A stretch of DNA of 32,000 nucleotides from Halalkalibacterium halodurans (GCF_004376175.1 NZ_SNUY01000003.1:104397-136396); one strand, 5' to 3'. Positions 16,100 to 26,200 are shown, counted from the first letter of the stretch. A program made the numbers and translations. The notes: generated by a model not told the origin, from the sequence alone.

Positions 16100-17582
16100 A
16101 TTAAAACGTCTCCACCCTGCATCGATGCTTGTGTCGTTTATGATAAGTTTACGAGGAATGCTGGTGCCTTTAGTCGTTAGTTTCTTTTTAGGCACGAGCG
16201 CAACTGGCTTTCAATTTCAATACATATTTTATGGATTACTCATCTTCTCCTTTTTGTCAGGGTTCCTTGACTGGATCACGTTTCGCTACCGTTTGTCTGA
16301 ACATGAATTGTATGTTCAACGGGGGATACTGATCCGAAAAAAACGGTATATTCAAAAACATCGCGTTCAGTCGATTGATGTGACGGCGGGAATATTTCAA
16401 CGGTTATTTGGACTCGTAAAAGTGAAAATTGAAACGGCAGGCGGCGGGGCAGAGCCGGAAGTGGAGCTACTTGCCATTACAAAGCGGGAGGCCCAATTTC
16501 TCCGTGAGCAACTACTCGAAAAACGTCAGCTTTTAGAAACAGAATGGTTAGACGATTCTGATGAAGATGAGAAGGAAAAAGTTGCGTCAACGATTCCTTT
16601 GTTTACGTTAGGAAAGACAAGGTTATGGATTGCAGCGATCACTTCCAGTGGTATTGGCTTAACGTTGTCGGCCATTGGGGCGCTTTATAGCCAACTGCAA
16701 CAATTCATACCAGACACTGTTTATGAGCAAACATTCGGCTGGTTTACGGCATCGAGTGTTTGGTTAGTGGTCATCGTTGCTTTTACGTTAACCGTAATCG
16801 CATGGGTCCTTTCCATATTAGCAACCATGAGCAAATATTGGAATCATCAAGTGCAGGCAGCGAAACAAGGAAGGGAGCTAATCATTACTAGAGGGCTTCT
16901 CGAAACCCGTCAGCTTACGTTGCAAACCAAGCGTGTAACAGCCGTACGACTCGTGTCGAACCTGTTCAGACAGCCATTTGGTTACACATCTGTCTATGTG
17001 GAGAGCAAGGGGGGCGGATCAAGTGATGAGCAGCTGTCGACCGTGTTGTTCCCCCTCGTCCGCAAGTCAGAAGTGAATGGGCTTTTAGCCAAATGTTTGC
17101 CGGAATATCAACTGGAAGATCAGACGATCATACCGATTCCAAAACGAGCCTTATTCCGATTCCTTATTCGAACGGTTAGCCTTCCTGTCATTGTGACAGC
17201 CCTTTTGTTTACATTCACCGACTATGGTTGGATTGGTATCGTCCTTATATTATTGGCGGTATGGCTCGGATATTCGCAATACAAAGTGGCTGGGTACTTT
17301 TATCGAGAGGATACACTAGTCTTTCGTTATCGCCAATTAAGCCAAGTCCACGTGATCGTTCCTAAACGAAAAATTCAAATGTTCGAAGTGGCAACATCGG
17401 TCTTTCAACAGCGCCTGCGCTTATGCAGTCCGCTTGTATCTGTTCAATCGAGCATTGTCGGTAAGACGTTCAGTGTCCGTGACTTGGATCGAAAGGATGG
17501 GAACCGGTTGCTGGCATGGTTTTCAATCGAACAGCCGTCGGTCTCCTTTAGTGACCGAACTCCAGAAAGAGCCACCGATTAA
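16092..17582 (+). CDS. YdbT-like membrane protein with three bPH2 domains
   Basis: 496 aa (B. subtilis YdbT is ~493 aa). It has three repeats, each a TM pair followed by a PH-like module (R..I..I.V..G...R..G). It is translationally coupled to the ydbS-like gene (ATGAATGA overlap). Confidence 0.85.
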   Translation: MNELKRLHPASMLVSFMISLRGMLVPLVVSFFLGTSATGFQFQYIFYGLLIFSFLSGFLDWITFRYRLSEHELYVQRGILIRKKRYIQKHRVQSIDVTAGIFQRLFGLVKVKIETAGGGAEPEVELLAITKREAQFLREQLLEKRQLLETEWLDDSDEDEKEKVASTIPLFTLGKTRLWIAAITSSGIGLTLSAIGALYSQLQQFIPDTVYEQTFGWFTASSVWLVVIVAFTLTVIAWVLSILATMSKYWNHQVQAAKQGRELIITRGLLETRQLTLQTKRVTAVRLVSNLFRQPFGYTSVYVESKGGGSSDEQLSTVLFPLVRKSEVNGLLAKCLPEYQLEDQTIIPIPKRALFRFLIRTVSLPVIVTALLFTFTDYGWIGIVLILLAVWLGYSQYKVAGYFYREDTLVFRYRQLSQVHVIVPKRKIQMFEVATSVFQQRLRLCSPLVSVQSSIVGKTFSVRDLDRKDGNRLLAWFSIEQPSVSFSDRTPERATD

Positions 17583-17583
17583 A

Positions 17584-17620
17584 GTAAAACTCCTCTCACC
17601 ACAAGTGAGAGGAGTTTTAC
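17584..17620. terminator. bidirectional terminator between the ydbT-like gene and the convergent 323-aa gene
   Basis: A perfect 16-bp stem GTAAAACTCCTCTCAC / GTGAGAGGAGTTTTAC with loop CACAA. Confidence 0.85.
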
Positions 17621-17625
17621 TTACT

Positions 17626-18597
17626 TCATTTCGAAAATTCATTCGTGTATGTGACGATGGATCGCGTGCCTTGATCGGTAGTAAACTCAAAGCGATCATA
17701 TACTTCGTCTTTGCCGTTTTTCACTAGCTTTCGATCGTAGTGATGTTGAACGACCAATAATCCGCTAGGGGTTAAATAAGAAAGGAAGTTTACACCAGAA
17801 AAGGCTTGAACGGGTTGATGATTCGATTGGAGCAACTGAAACAGCAATGAGTTATGACAATGCACCATTTGCTGATGAGTCACCCCATGATCAGCGAGCC
17901 CTTTTTCAAAGGCAAGTAGCGCTTGTTTCTCAAGTTCATTTCGCAAAATATAATAAGGATCGAGTTGAATTTTTTCTAAGCGAATGGCGCTGTTTTCACG
18001 TAAACGAAATTGCCTACCGCCCTTGGAAGTAAAAGTCTGATCTCCGGCATATTGAACAGGAATCCATCCGTCCTTTGTTTTCCATTCGAATTCAAACGGA
18101 CAACCTTCCAGCTCAAGATGTTGACCTTCTCCATCAACTAAAAATGGTCGGTCATTTTCAATTAAACATGTGTAATAAATGAAACGGTCTTCTTCTTGAG
18201 AAGAGGAATTGGTCACTCCTTGTTGTTGCAAGTAATGATCAATGGCTTCAATGTGTTTTTGCCCTTGTTGTTGAGAGTAACGAAGGGCGGCGAGCGTCTT
18301 AGCAGCTGCTTGCTTGAGCGACGTTTCAAACGGGAGGCGATCTTCCTCTTCAGCTGCTGTCAGTCTGCTACCTGCTACTTCGACCAGTTCACCATTTTCA
18401 TAGATCGGAAGAGGGGTATGGGCGCTTCCTAAATCAATATGAGGAAATTGCACGACCTCACGAATTTTTACTTGCCCACGCCACGGTCTGCCCGGTTCTG
18501 CGATTACTTGTTTTAACTCTCCAATATATACACCCTGTTGTCCTTTATCGAGAATAACAGGTTTCCCTATTAATGCTTTTGCTTCTTTTCGATTCAT
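17626..18597 (-). CDS. uncharacterised protein with a KapB-like N-terminal domain
   Basis: 323 aa, with SD AGTGAGGG upstream. The N-terminal ~60 aa (GKPVILDKGQQGVYIGELKQV...RGQVKIREVVQFP) resemble the SH3-like fold of kinase-associated protein B (G.YKTGVYIGE...V.AVL.HP). I do not recognise the remainder. Confidence 0.7.
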   Translation of the reverse strand: MNRKEAKALIGKPVILDKGQQGVYIGELKQVIAEPGRPWRGQVKIREVVQFPHIDLGSAHTPLPIYENGELVEVAGSRLTAAEEEDRLPFETSLKQAAAKTLAALRYSQQQGQKHIEAIDHYLQQQGVTNSSSQEEDRFIYYTCLIENDRPFLVDGEGQHLELEGCPFEFEWKTKDGWIPVQYAGDQTFTSKGGRQFRLRENSAIRLEKIQLDPYYILRNELEKQALLAFEKGLADHGVTHQQMVHCHNSLLFQLLQSNHQPVQAFSGVNFLSYLTPSGLLVVQHHYDRKLVKNGKDEVYDRFEFTTDQGTRSIVTYTNEFSK

Positions 18598-18739
18598 GAG
18601 AAACCCTCACTTTTTTAAAATCAATGTTTTCGGTTCAAGGTTTGCTGAACGATTCGATTGACTTATTTTTTATGCTAATTGTATAAGAAAAAGGATAGGA
18701 CTGCGACAAGCTTATTTTAATTAAAAGGGGTTACGTTCT

Positions 18740-18768
18740 ATTATAAAAAGACGGACACGAGCTTTCAA
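18740..18768 (-). promoter_or_regulatory. near-consensus sigma-A promoter for the 323-aa gene
   Basis: On the minus strand: TTGAAA (18768-18763) - 17 nt - TATAAT (18745-18740). It would give a ~135-nt leader. Confidence 0.45.
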
Positions 18769-18773
18769 GTAAT

Positions 18774-19697
18774 CTACAGTCTACTAAAATAATGAAGAAG
18801 TCCCATCGCGCAAACCGGTAAATCCATTTGCAAATGCTTATACACTTTATGGTCATCAGTCACGCCGTTTTCCCTTAGGTGAGCAGTCACTTTATCCAAC
18901 AGGCGATTGGCTAGTTTTTCTGGGCGATCACCATGTAGATAGGCTGATTCCCCCAATGTCACAAACAGATCAAGCCAGTTTGCCAACTGCTTGTAGACTT
19001 TTGCTGGCTGATGAGACACGCCAAAATGACCAAAATAAATTCGTTCTACTTTGTAACCTTCAATTTTTTTTAGTGATTCGAGCATGGCATTAGGATCGAA
19101 CTGGTTCGGTGATGTAGAGGGGAGAATAAATTCCAACCCATCTTGCGCTAAAGGTTCATAGCGTACCCCCAACGTATCACCTGTAAAAATACCATTTGTC
19201 TTTTTATCGTAAATACTCACATGATGATTGGCATGTCCACGCGTATGCAAAAAGGTAAGTCCTTGAATCATCGTATCGCCATCTTCAACCGAAATCAATT
19301 TGCTTTCGGGAACTGGGATCACCGGATCAAATAGGGCATCAAAATGTGATCCATACACTTGTCTAGCTCCAGTTATTAGACGGGAGGGGTCAAGCAAATG
19401 ACGAGCTCCTTTCGGATGAACATATACATGTGCATTCGGACAATGGGAAAGGAGCAGTCCAACGCCCCCTGCATGGTCTAAATGAATATGAGTAAGAACG
19501 ATGTGACGGATGTCTTTTGGATCAATCATAAGTTGTTTAAGTCCTTTTAATATGTAAGGCACCGAATGACTCGGTCCTGTTTCAACAAGCGTTAATTCTT
19601 CTCTAAGCAATAAGTAACTTCCGGTGCGTCCTTGCAAATTGAGGTCAAAGCCATCGATTAACATTATATCTTTTGCTACAGATTGTATTTGCCCCAT
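18774..19697 (-). CDS. MBL-fold metallo-hydrolase
   Basis: It has the THIHLDHAGG (HxHxDH) motif and later His/Asp ligands (HTRGHANHH, TGDTL, GHF). The start is set at the second of two adjacent ATGs (19697), 5 nt after a G6 SD. ATG 19700 or 19718 cannot be excluded. Confidence 0.85.
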   Translation of the reverse strand: MGQIQSVAKDIMLIDGFDLNLQGRTGSYLLLREELTLVETGPSHSVPYILKGLKQLMIDPKDIRHIVLTHIHLDHAGGVGLLLSHCPNAHVYVHPKGARHLLDPSRLITGARQVYGSHFDALFDPVIPVPESKLISVEDGDTMIQGLTFLHTRGHANHHVSIYDKKTNGIFTGDTLGVRYEPLAQDGLEFILPSTSPNQFDPNAMLESLKKIEGYKVERIYFGHFGVSHQPAKVYKQLANWLDLFVTLGESAYLHGDRPEKLANRLLDKVTAHLRENGVTDDHKVYKHLQMDLPVCAMGLLHYFSRL

Positions 19698-19785
19698 CAT
19701 AACCCCCCATTTACTCATTAGTGAAAACCTTTACAAATAGTGTAAAATGAAAAGGGGAGAAGCGCAATGGTTCATATCACCCAAG

Positions 19786-19826
19786 GAAAAGAGCCAGACG
19801 TTGCATCATGTTGTCTGACTCTTTTC
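19786..19826 (-). terminator. intrinsic terminator after the telA-partner gene
   Basis: On the minus strand: stem AGAGTCAGAC / GTCTGGCTCT (one G-U pair) with a 13-nt loop, followed by TTTTCC. Confidence 0.65.
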
Positions 19827-19831
19827 ATCCG

Positions 19832-20737
19832 TTATTTTTGATCATAGCGAAGTTCGTTCAACCGTAGGAGATGCTCCATTCGTTCCACCCGCGCTTTTTC
19901 TAGCTCTTCGTTAAGGCTGATCAGCGTGAGTTCCATTTTCGATAACGTCACAAACACATTCTCTTTTTGATTGAGCTGATGCTGTGTCGTTAGCGATAAG
20001 TAGGTCGTCAATAAGTTCGGAATGTCTTCACGAAGCATACGCCGAACCGTATGGCGCTTTTCAAAATCAAGCAATTGAAAATCGGGTACGAGCTTTTCCG
20101 TTTGGCTGGCGATCCGTTTTAAACGACTTTCAAGCAATGGATCAAGGGCAAAATGGGAAAGCTGCTGAATAAATCTTTCCGTTTCTAGATGTAAAAGCTG
20201 TAAATCATTTTGGCTAGTAGCCGTCCGTTCTTGATGGCCAATCGTTAAAGCGGAAATCGAGGCTTCTTTGGAGGATTGAACGCCTAAAAAAGCTTCATCC
20301 AGCCGATTGATATGGTAGAAAATCCCTTTAAATAAAGGGGATTCCCGAATTGATCGGACGTGGGAGCGCCCATCTTTCATGTAATAGATGGAAGCTTCTT
20401 TCGTTTTTCCGATCCCATCTTTTGCCTTCACATATTTCCGATAACAGTCAATATAAATTTTCTTTTTAACGGCAGCTGTTGAATATTTTGTATCAAACAT
20501 CATAACGCGAATGTGCTTATGATTAAGCTTCACATGTATACGTCGCTCTTTATGCTTCCTGCGTACTGAACGTTTCATGTTTTTTCCGTTTGACTGCTCA
20601 ATAAGCTTTGTTAATATTCGTTCGGTATCGGCGATTAACTCCCGTGTGGCTTGATCGCTTACAATGTGCAAGTCAACTGGCTTCCGAGCGTTCGGTACAA
20701 ATAGATGGAAGAAGGGCCATTCCTGAAGCATTTTCAA
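19832..20737 (-). CDS. uncharacterised basic/coiled-coil protein co-transcribed with telA
   Basis: ~301 aa if it starts at TTG 20737, which lies 7 nt after a strong AGAGGAGGTG SD. ATG 20731 and ATG 20770 are alternatives. It has no TM segment, a lysine/arginine-rich N-terminal half and a helical C-terminal half. It begins within 40 nt of the telA stop. Confidence 0.7.
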   Translation of the reverse strand: MKMLQEWPFFHLFVPNARKPVDLHIVSDQATRELIADTERILTKLIEQSNGKNMKRSVRRKHKERRIHVKLNHKHIRVMMFDTKYSTAAVKKKIYIDCYRKYVKAKDGIGKTKEASIYYMKDGRSHVRSIRESPLFKGIFYHINRLDEAFLGVQSSKEASISALTIGHQERTATSQNDLQLLHLETERFIQQLSHFALDPLLESRLKRIASQTEKLVPDFQLLDFEKRHTVRRMLREDIPNLLTTYLSLTTQHQLNQKENVFVTLSKMELTLISLNEELEKARVERMEHLLRLNELRYDQK

Positions 20738-20775
20738 TCGCCCACCTCCTCTCAAACTAAATAGGGTCATTTTCT

Positions 20776-21819
20776 TTATGAGGACGTTGATTTGCTTTCA
20801 ATGAGCTTCGTTTTCATTTCCTTATTTAACGTATCTAACTCTGCAATGAATTTCTTACCGGATGAAACGATTCGTTCATTGGATTGTTCAGTTAATTCGA
20901 TGGCGGCAAACACATCTTGGTACGCCTTTCTAAACGACTCGATCGCGATGGCGGGTTCTTCGAGCGTTTTTAATGTGTCCTCCGTATTTTTCTTCAACAT
21001 TTCAGCATTAGATAACAGCATATTTTCTGTTGCTTCGTTCACGTTTTGTACAGCGTTGATCACTTTCTTTTGATTGCTCAATGCCAGCTGGATAGAAGCA
21101 GTGACGGTAATGATATTTTTCGTCATCGTAATCGCATTAAAAATCGCTTCCTCGAGCTTTTCATTATTTTCAACGATCAGATCGACAGACGCGAGGGATT
21201 GCTGTAAGACCATAATGGCCTGGGACATGTTTTTAATTCTAGAAATGACCTTTTGTTGTCCTTTTTTTAAAGCTGTCGGATTGTTTTTCCATTCCTCCGA
21301 TGTCATTTCCGACTCGAGCATCGCATTAAGCTGCTTTCCCATTTCAATCTGCTCTTCAAGGTGGCTGATTCGTTCACGCGCTACCCCTTTTAACTGGGTG
21401 AGCATTAGCGTATCTTCCTGCAATTTATCCTTTCCGGTTAACAAGGCTTCAATGATATTTTCCACCTGTGCTTCCACGGTTTTATATCGTTGAGCGTACT
21501 GTTCCATAGGACTACGCCCAAGAATTTTATTCACAAATTTTTTTACGGCTCCCTGTTTTAAGTGATCGGGTTCAAGTTGAGAAACCACTTCCTTCAGTTG
21601 GTGCAACTTTTGCGGAAGATGATTGTTTTCGTCATTCATCATCTCTTTAACCGGTCGCTTTAACGCTTCAAGGGATTCCCCAGCTTCCCGCTGCGCCTCT
21701 TCACCTAATCCACCGAGAGACTCGATGAGCTCGTCAAGGTTTGATGTTGATTTAAATTTTTGCAGCCATTCTTCACTCTCATGTTTGACTCGTTGTTCCA
21801 TGTTTTCTTGTTCTGACAT
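20776..21819 (-). CDS. TelA/YaaN-family toxic anion resistance protein
   Basis: 347 aa starting at MSEQENMEQRV..., with SD GGAGGG 6 nt upstream. The all-helical sequence has the TelA-type blocks (L.Q...G...L..D...L......E.I..L...I..G..L) seen in B. subtilis YaaN/YceH. The 50 upstream codons in the ORF track are rejected. Confidence 0.85.
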   Translation of the reverse strand: MSEQENMEQRVKHESEEWLQKFKSTSNLDELIESLGGLGEEAQREAGESLEALKRPVKEMMNDENNHLPQKLHQLKEVVSQLEPDHLKQGAVKKFVNKILGRSPMEQYAQRYKTVEAQVENIIEALLTGKDKLQEDTLMLTQLKGVARERISHLEEQIEMGKQLNAMLESEMTSEEWKNNPTALKKGQQKVISRIKNMSQAIMVLQQSLASVDLIVENNEKLEEAIFNAITMTKNIITVTASIQLALSNQKKVINAVQNVNEATENMLLSNAEMLKKNTEDTLKTLEEPAIAIESFRKAYQDVFAAIELTEQSNERIVSSGKKFIAELDTLNKEMKTKLIESKSTSS

Positions 21820-22033
21820 ACTTATCCCTCCATCCACCACCAAATGGCGTGTTGCTATATTTACGTAGCAAATAAAATGTTGGTTGCAAAGGTGTTCTAA
21901 TGCAATAGATCTCCCTTTATTATGCAGGAAGGGACAAAACATGACAACAATCTCGGGACTGAAATTCATTGCGCCTTCTGACGGCTATTCGGTAAAGTAA
22001 GTGTAGACAATCAAAACAAGGATGGTCATGCCC

Positions 22034-22843
22034 ATGTGCTTACTTACGTTTGCTTATCAAACGAACAAACGATTTCCATTCGTTTTTGCGGCCAATCGAG
22101 ATGAATACTATGATAGACCTACTTTATTTGCCCATGAGTGGAAAGAGGACTCAAATGTGATTGGAGGTCGCGACCTTGAAAAAGGGGGGACGTGGCTAGG
22201 GTTCACAAAGAAGGGGAAACTAGCAGCACTAACGAATGTGCGAGATTCTTTCGAACATAGCGGGGCCCTTTTTCAATCAAGAGGCTTTATTGTCCGGGAC
22301 TATTTAACTAGTAGAACTTCTGATCAGTTATTTATGGAACGCCTAATCCAAACGGCCAATGAGTTTGATGGCTACAACCTCGTTTTTGGTTCATATCACG
22401 ACCTATATTATTATACGAACCGGATGGAAAAAGGAGAAAAACTAAAGCCGGGCTATTATATGCTCAGCAACGGACAAATGAACAGCAACTGGCCGAAAGC
22501 CGTGAAAGTGCGGACCCACTTGCAGTCTGTGCTTGAAAGAGAAAAGGACGTGGAGACAATCATGAAAAAGTTGCTTGTAACCATGCAGGATGAAGAGCGA
22601 TTTCCTGATGAGCAATTACCAGATACGGGAGTCGGGATTGAATGGGAGCGTATCCTGTCGCCGATTTTTATTAACGGGAAATCGTATGGAACAAGGGCAA
22701 CGACTGTGATCGTTTGCACTGATCAAGGAGAGAGCTTTTTTCGAGAATGGAACTACGGACCAAAGGGCACTTTTTTAGAAAAGCGAGAATTTCATATCCA
22801 ATTACCTTCAAGTTATTTAAATATGAAGAAAGACTACGAATGA
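22034..22843 (+). CDS. NRDE-family protein (DUF833 / TANGO2-like)
   Basis: It starts MCLLTFAY, with the family-typical Met-Cys N-terminus. The eponymous motif is present as ANRDE (FAANRDEYYDRPT), followed by GGRD...GGTWLG. About 269 aa. Confidence 0.8.
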   Translation: MCLLTFAYQTNKRFPFVFAANRDEYYDRPTLFAHEWKEDSNVIGGRDLEKGGTWLGFTKKGKLAALTNVRDSFEHSGALFQSRGFIVRDYLTSRTSDQLFMERLIQTANEFDGYNLVFGSYHDLYYYTNRMEKGEKLKPGYYMLSNGQMNSNWPKAVKVRTHLQSVLEREKDVETIMKKLLVTMQDEERFPDEQLPDTGVGIEWERILSPIFINGKSYGTRATTVIVCTDQGESFFREWNYGPKGTFLEKREFHIQLPSSYLNMKKDYE

Positions 22844-23107
22844 TTTGAAGGTGATGACGACAATCCTTTCGTAAAATGGTGAAGGTTTATCATGGTGGTT
22901 CGCTATATTATTCGGATATAGACATTTGTCCATATGCGGGATATTTTGGTAATAAAATAATCTTTGTCATCTCCTGTTGTTATAAAAATACATTAAAATA
23001 AATTAATATTCACCCCGGTTCTGCCTTGAAGAGTGGTCATTAAAAAAATTTTTTAAGGAAAACCCAAGAAGAAAGCGTTTTCATCTTCTGGATTTGAAAG
23101 TTTTAAT

Positions 23108-23136
23108 TTGCCGAAATGTCAGAAAAATGATATTAT
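23108..23136 (+). promoter_or_regulatory. candidate sigma-A promoter for gltA-gltB
   Basis: TTGCCG (23108-23113) - 17 nt - TATTAT (23131-23136), with TGa extended -10. It lies ~65 nt upstream of the gltA start. Confidence 0.35.
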
Positions 23137-23201
23137 CTTGTATATTAGCTCAAAGCATGCTGTGAAGTGTGATGAGGTTTTTACTTTTAGGAGAAAGGTT
23201 G

Positions 23202-26200
23202 ATGCCTATGCAAAACTATGGATACCCGAAGAAACAAGGCCTATACGACCCACAGTTCGAGCATGATAACTGCGGTATTGGCTTTTTGGCTCATATGAAG
23301 GGACAAAAATCACACAAAATCGTTGAAGATGCGCTTCACATCTTGTGCAACTTAGAGCACCGTGGAGGACAGGGTGATGAAGTCAATACAGGAGACGGCG
23401 CAGGAATTCTGTTGCAACTTCCTCATCGTTTCTTCCAAAAGGTAACTGTAAGCGAAGGCATTTCATTACCGGAGGAAGGGAAATACGGTGTTGGGATGCT
23501 GTTTTTGCCACAGGACGAATCGTTGCGTCGTGAAACTGAACGGAAGCTCGAGGCGATTGTCAATGAAGAGGGGCAAACGTTCCTTGGTTGGCGAACCGTT
23601 CCGACTGATGACTCAATGCTTGGCAATGCGGCAAAAGCAGCCATGCCATACATCCGTCAATTGTTTATTCAAAAAAGCGAAAATGTAAAGGCAGGACTTG
23701 ATTTTGAACGAAAGCTCTATGTCATTCGTAAGCGGGCAGAGAATGAAATCGGCTCATTGGTAGAAGATGGCTCTTTCTACTTTGCTAGCTTCTCGAGCCG
23801 GACGATCGTATACAAAGGAATGCTGACAACAGAGCAGGTGGATCAATTTTATTTAGATGTAGTGGATCCAGATTTTGAAACAGCTTTAGCGCTCGTCCAT
23901 TCCCGCTTTAGCACAAACACATTCCCAAGTTGGGAGCGTGCCCATCCGAATCGTTACATGATTCACAACGGTGAAATTAACACCGTAAAAGGGAACGTGA
24001 ACTGGATGCACGCACGCGAAGCCAGATTTGAATCTGAAGTGTTTGGGACGGATCTTGATAAAATTCATCCAGTCATCGACCAAGAGGGCAGTGACTCGTC
24101 CATGTTTGACAATACGATTGAGTTTTTAAGTTTATCTGGACGCGCAATGGCCCATGCAGCAATGATGATGATACCAGAACCTTGGCAAAACGATGAGCAC
24201 ATGAGCAAGGAGAAAAAGGCGTTTTACCAGTTTCATAGTACATTGATGGAACCTTGGGACGGTCCGACAGCGATCGTATTTACCGACGGAACTCAAATCG
24301 GTGCCTGTCTTGATCGGAACGGCCTTCGTCCATCACGGTATTACGTGACAAAAGATGATTATATTATCATGTCATCAGAAGTAGGTGTTCTCGACATTGA
24401 TCCAGAAAATGTTCTTTACAAAGAACGTTTGCACCCTGGTCATATGTTGCTCGTGGACCTTGAGGAAGGGCGGATCATTCCAGATGATGAGATTAAACAT
24501 CAAATCGCGAGTGAGCACCCTTATGAGGAATGGGTGAAGGAAAACCTCGTTCAGCTGGAAGATGTGTTAGAAACGTCCCATGTGGAAGATACAGATTTCG
24601 GCAAGTTACGTGAGCGCCAATTAGCCTTTGGTTACACGTACGAGGAACTAACAAAAATGATTCAACCGATGGTGAAAGAAGGGGAAGACCCAGTCGGTTC
24701 CATGGGGTACGATTCACCGCTTGCTGTTTTGTCAAAACGGCCACAGCTTTTGTTTAATTATTTTAAACAATTGTTTGCCCAAGTAACGAACCCGCCAATT
24801 GACGCGATTCGTGAAAAAGTGGTCACTGCAATAGGAACAACCATTGGTGCTGAACGTAACTTGTTAAACCCTGAACCGTTAAGTTGTCGGCACATTTATT
24901 TACCATCACCAATCTTAAACAATGAAGAATTGGCGAAGTTAAAGCACAACAAGATGGACGGGTTTATGTCAACGACCTTGTCGATCTTATTCGATGCGAA
25001 GTCAGGTGCCCGAGGACTTGAGGAAGCATTGGAAAACTTGTTTGCTGAAGCAGATCAAGCGATTGAAGCCGGAAAAACATTGCTTATTTTAAGCGATCGC
25101 AAAATGAATGAAACGAATGCTGCTATCCCATCTTTGCTTGCTGTTAGCGGTTTGCATCATCATTTAATTCGCAAAGGAACGCGCACGAAAGTAAGCATTC
25201 TTCTTGAATCTGGAGAACCGAGAGAAGTTCATCATCATTGTGTTTTGCTTGGTTACGGGGCAGAGGCCATCAACCCATACCTCGTATTTGACTCAATCGA
25301 CGCCTTATTGCGCGATGGTTTGTTAGATAATATCTCATATGTGGAAGCGGTTGAGAATTATGTAAAAGCAGCGGTGAAAGGGATTATGAAGGTACTCTCT
25401 AAAATGGGTATTTCAACCATTCAAAGTTACCGCGGTGCGCAAATATTTGAAGCGGTCGGAGTGGACGAATCGGTCATTAATCAATATTTTACATGGACAA
25501 CGACACGGATCGGTGGTGTGACATTAAAAGAGATTGCTGAAGAAGTGCGCCTTCGTCATGAACGAGCTTTCTCTGAGCAAGAAGGTGTCGATAAAGCGCT
25601 AGATCCTGGTGACGATTTACAATGGCGACGTAACGGAGATCCGCACCAGTATAATCCACATACGATTCACATGCTTCAGCACGCATGTCGTAAAAACGAT
25701 TATGACCTTTATAAAAAATATGCGTCGGCTATCAACGAGCAAGAAAAGGAGCAAACGACGTTACGCGGTCTGTTGAAATTCACTACTGACCGGAAACCTA
25801 TTTCATTAGAAGAAGTAGAGCCTGTTGAGGAAATTGTGAAACGCTTTAAGACAGGGGCGATGTCGTTCGGTTCGATCTCAAAAGAAGCACATGAGACATT
25901 GGCAATTGCAATGAACCGACTTGGTGGAAAAAGTAACACCGGTGAAGGGGGAGAGGACCCAGATCGCTTCACTCCAGACGCGAATGGTGATCTTCGTCGC
26001 AGTGCCATTAAGCAAGTAGCTTCTGGCCGTTTCGGTGTGACGAGTCATTATTTAGTCAATGCAGATGAAATTCAAATTAAAGTGGCCCAAGGAGCGAAGC
26101 CTGGAGAAGGTGGACAACTGCCCGGAAATAAAGTCTATCCGTGGGTAGCGGAAGTACGTGGATCTACACCTGGCGTAGGGCTTATTTCACCACCTCCTCA

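Noticed and set aside
22850-22975. 19-codon minus-strand ORF (MTKIILLPKYPAYGQMSISE) and a 15-codon plus-strand ORF in the gltA upstream spacer
   Set aside because: The AGGAG abuts the ATG with no spacing, or no SD is present. The ORFs are very short, and nothing here lets me judge whether they are conserved.
23117-23133. Possible TnrA box (TGTCAGAAAAATGATAT) overlapping the gltA promoter
   Set aside because: Only the left half-site matches TGTNANAWWWTNTNACA. The right half has five mismatches.
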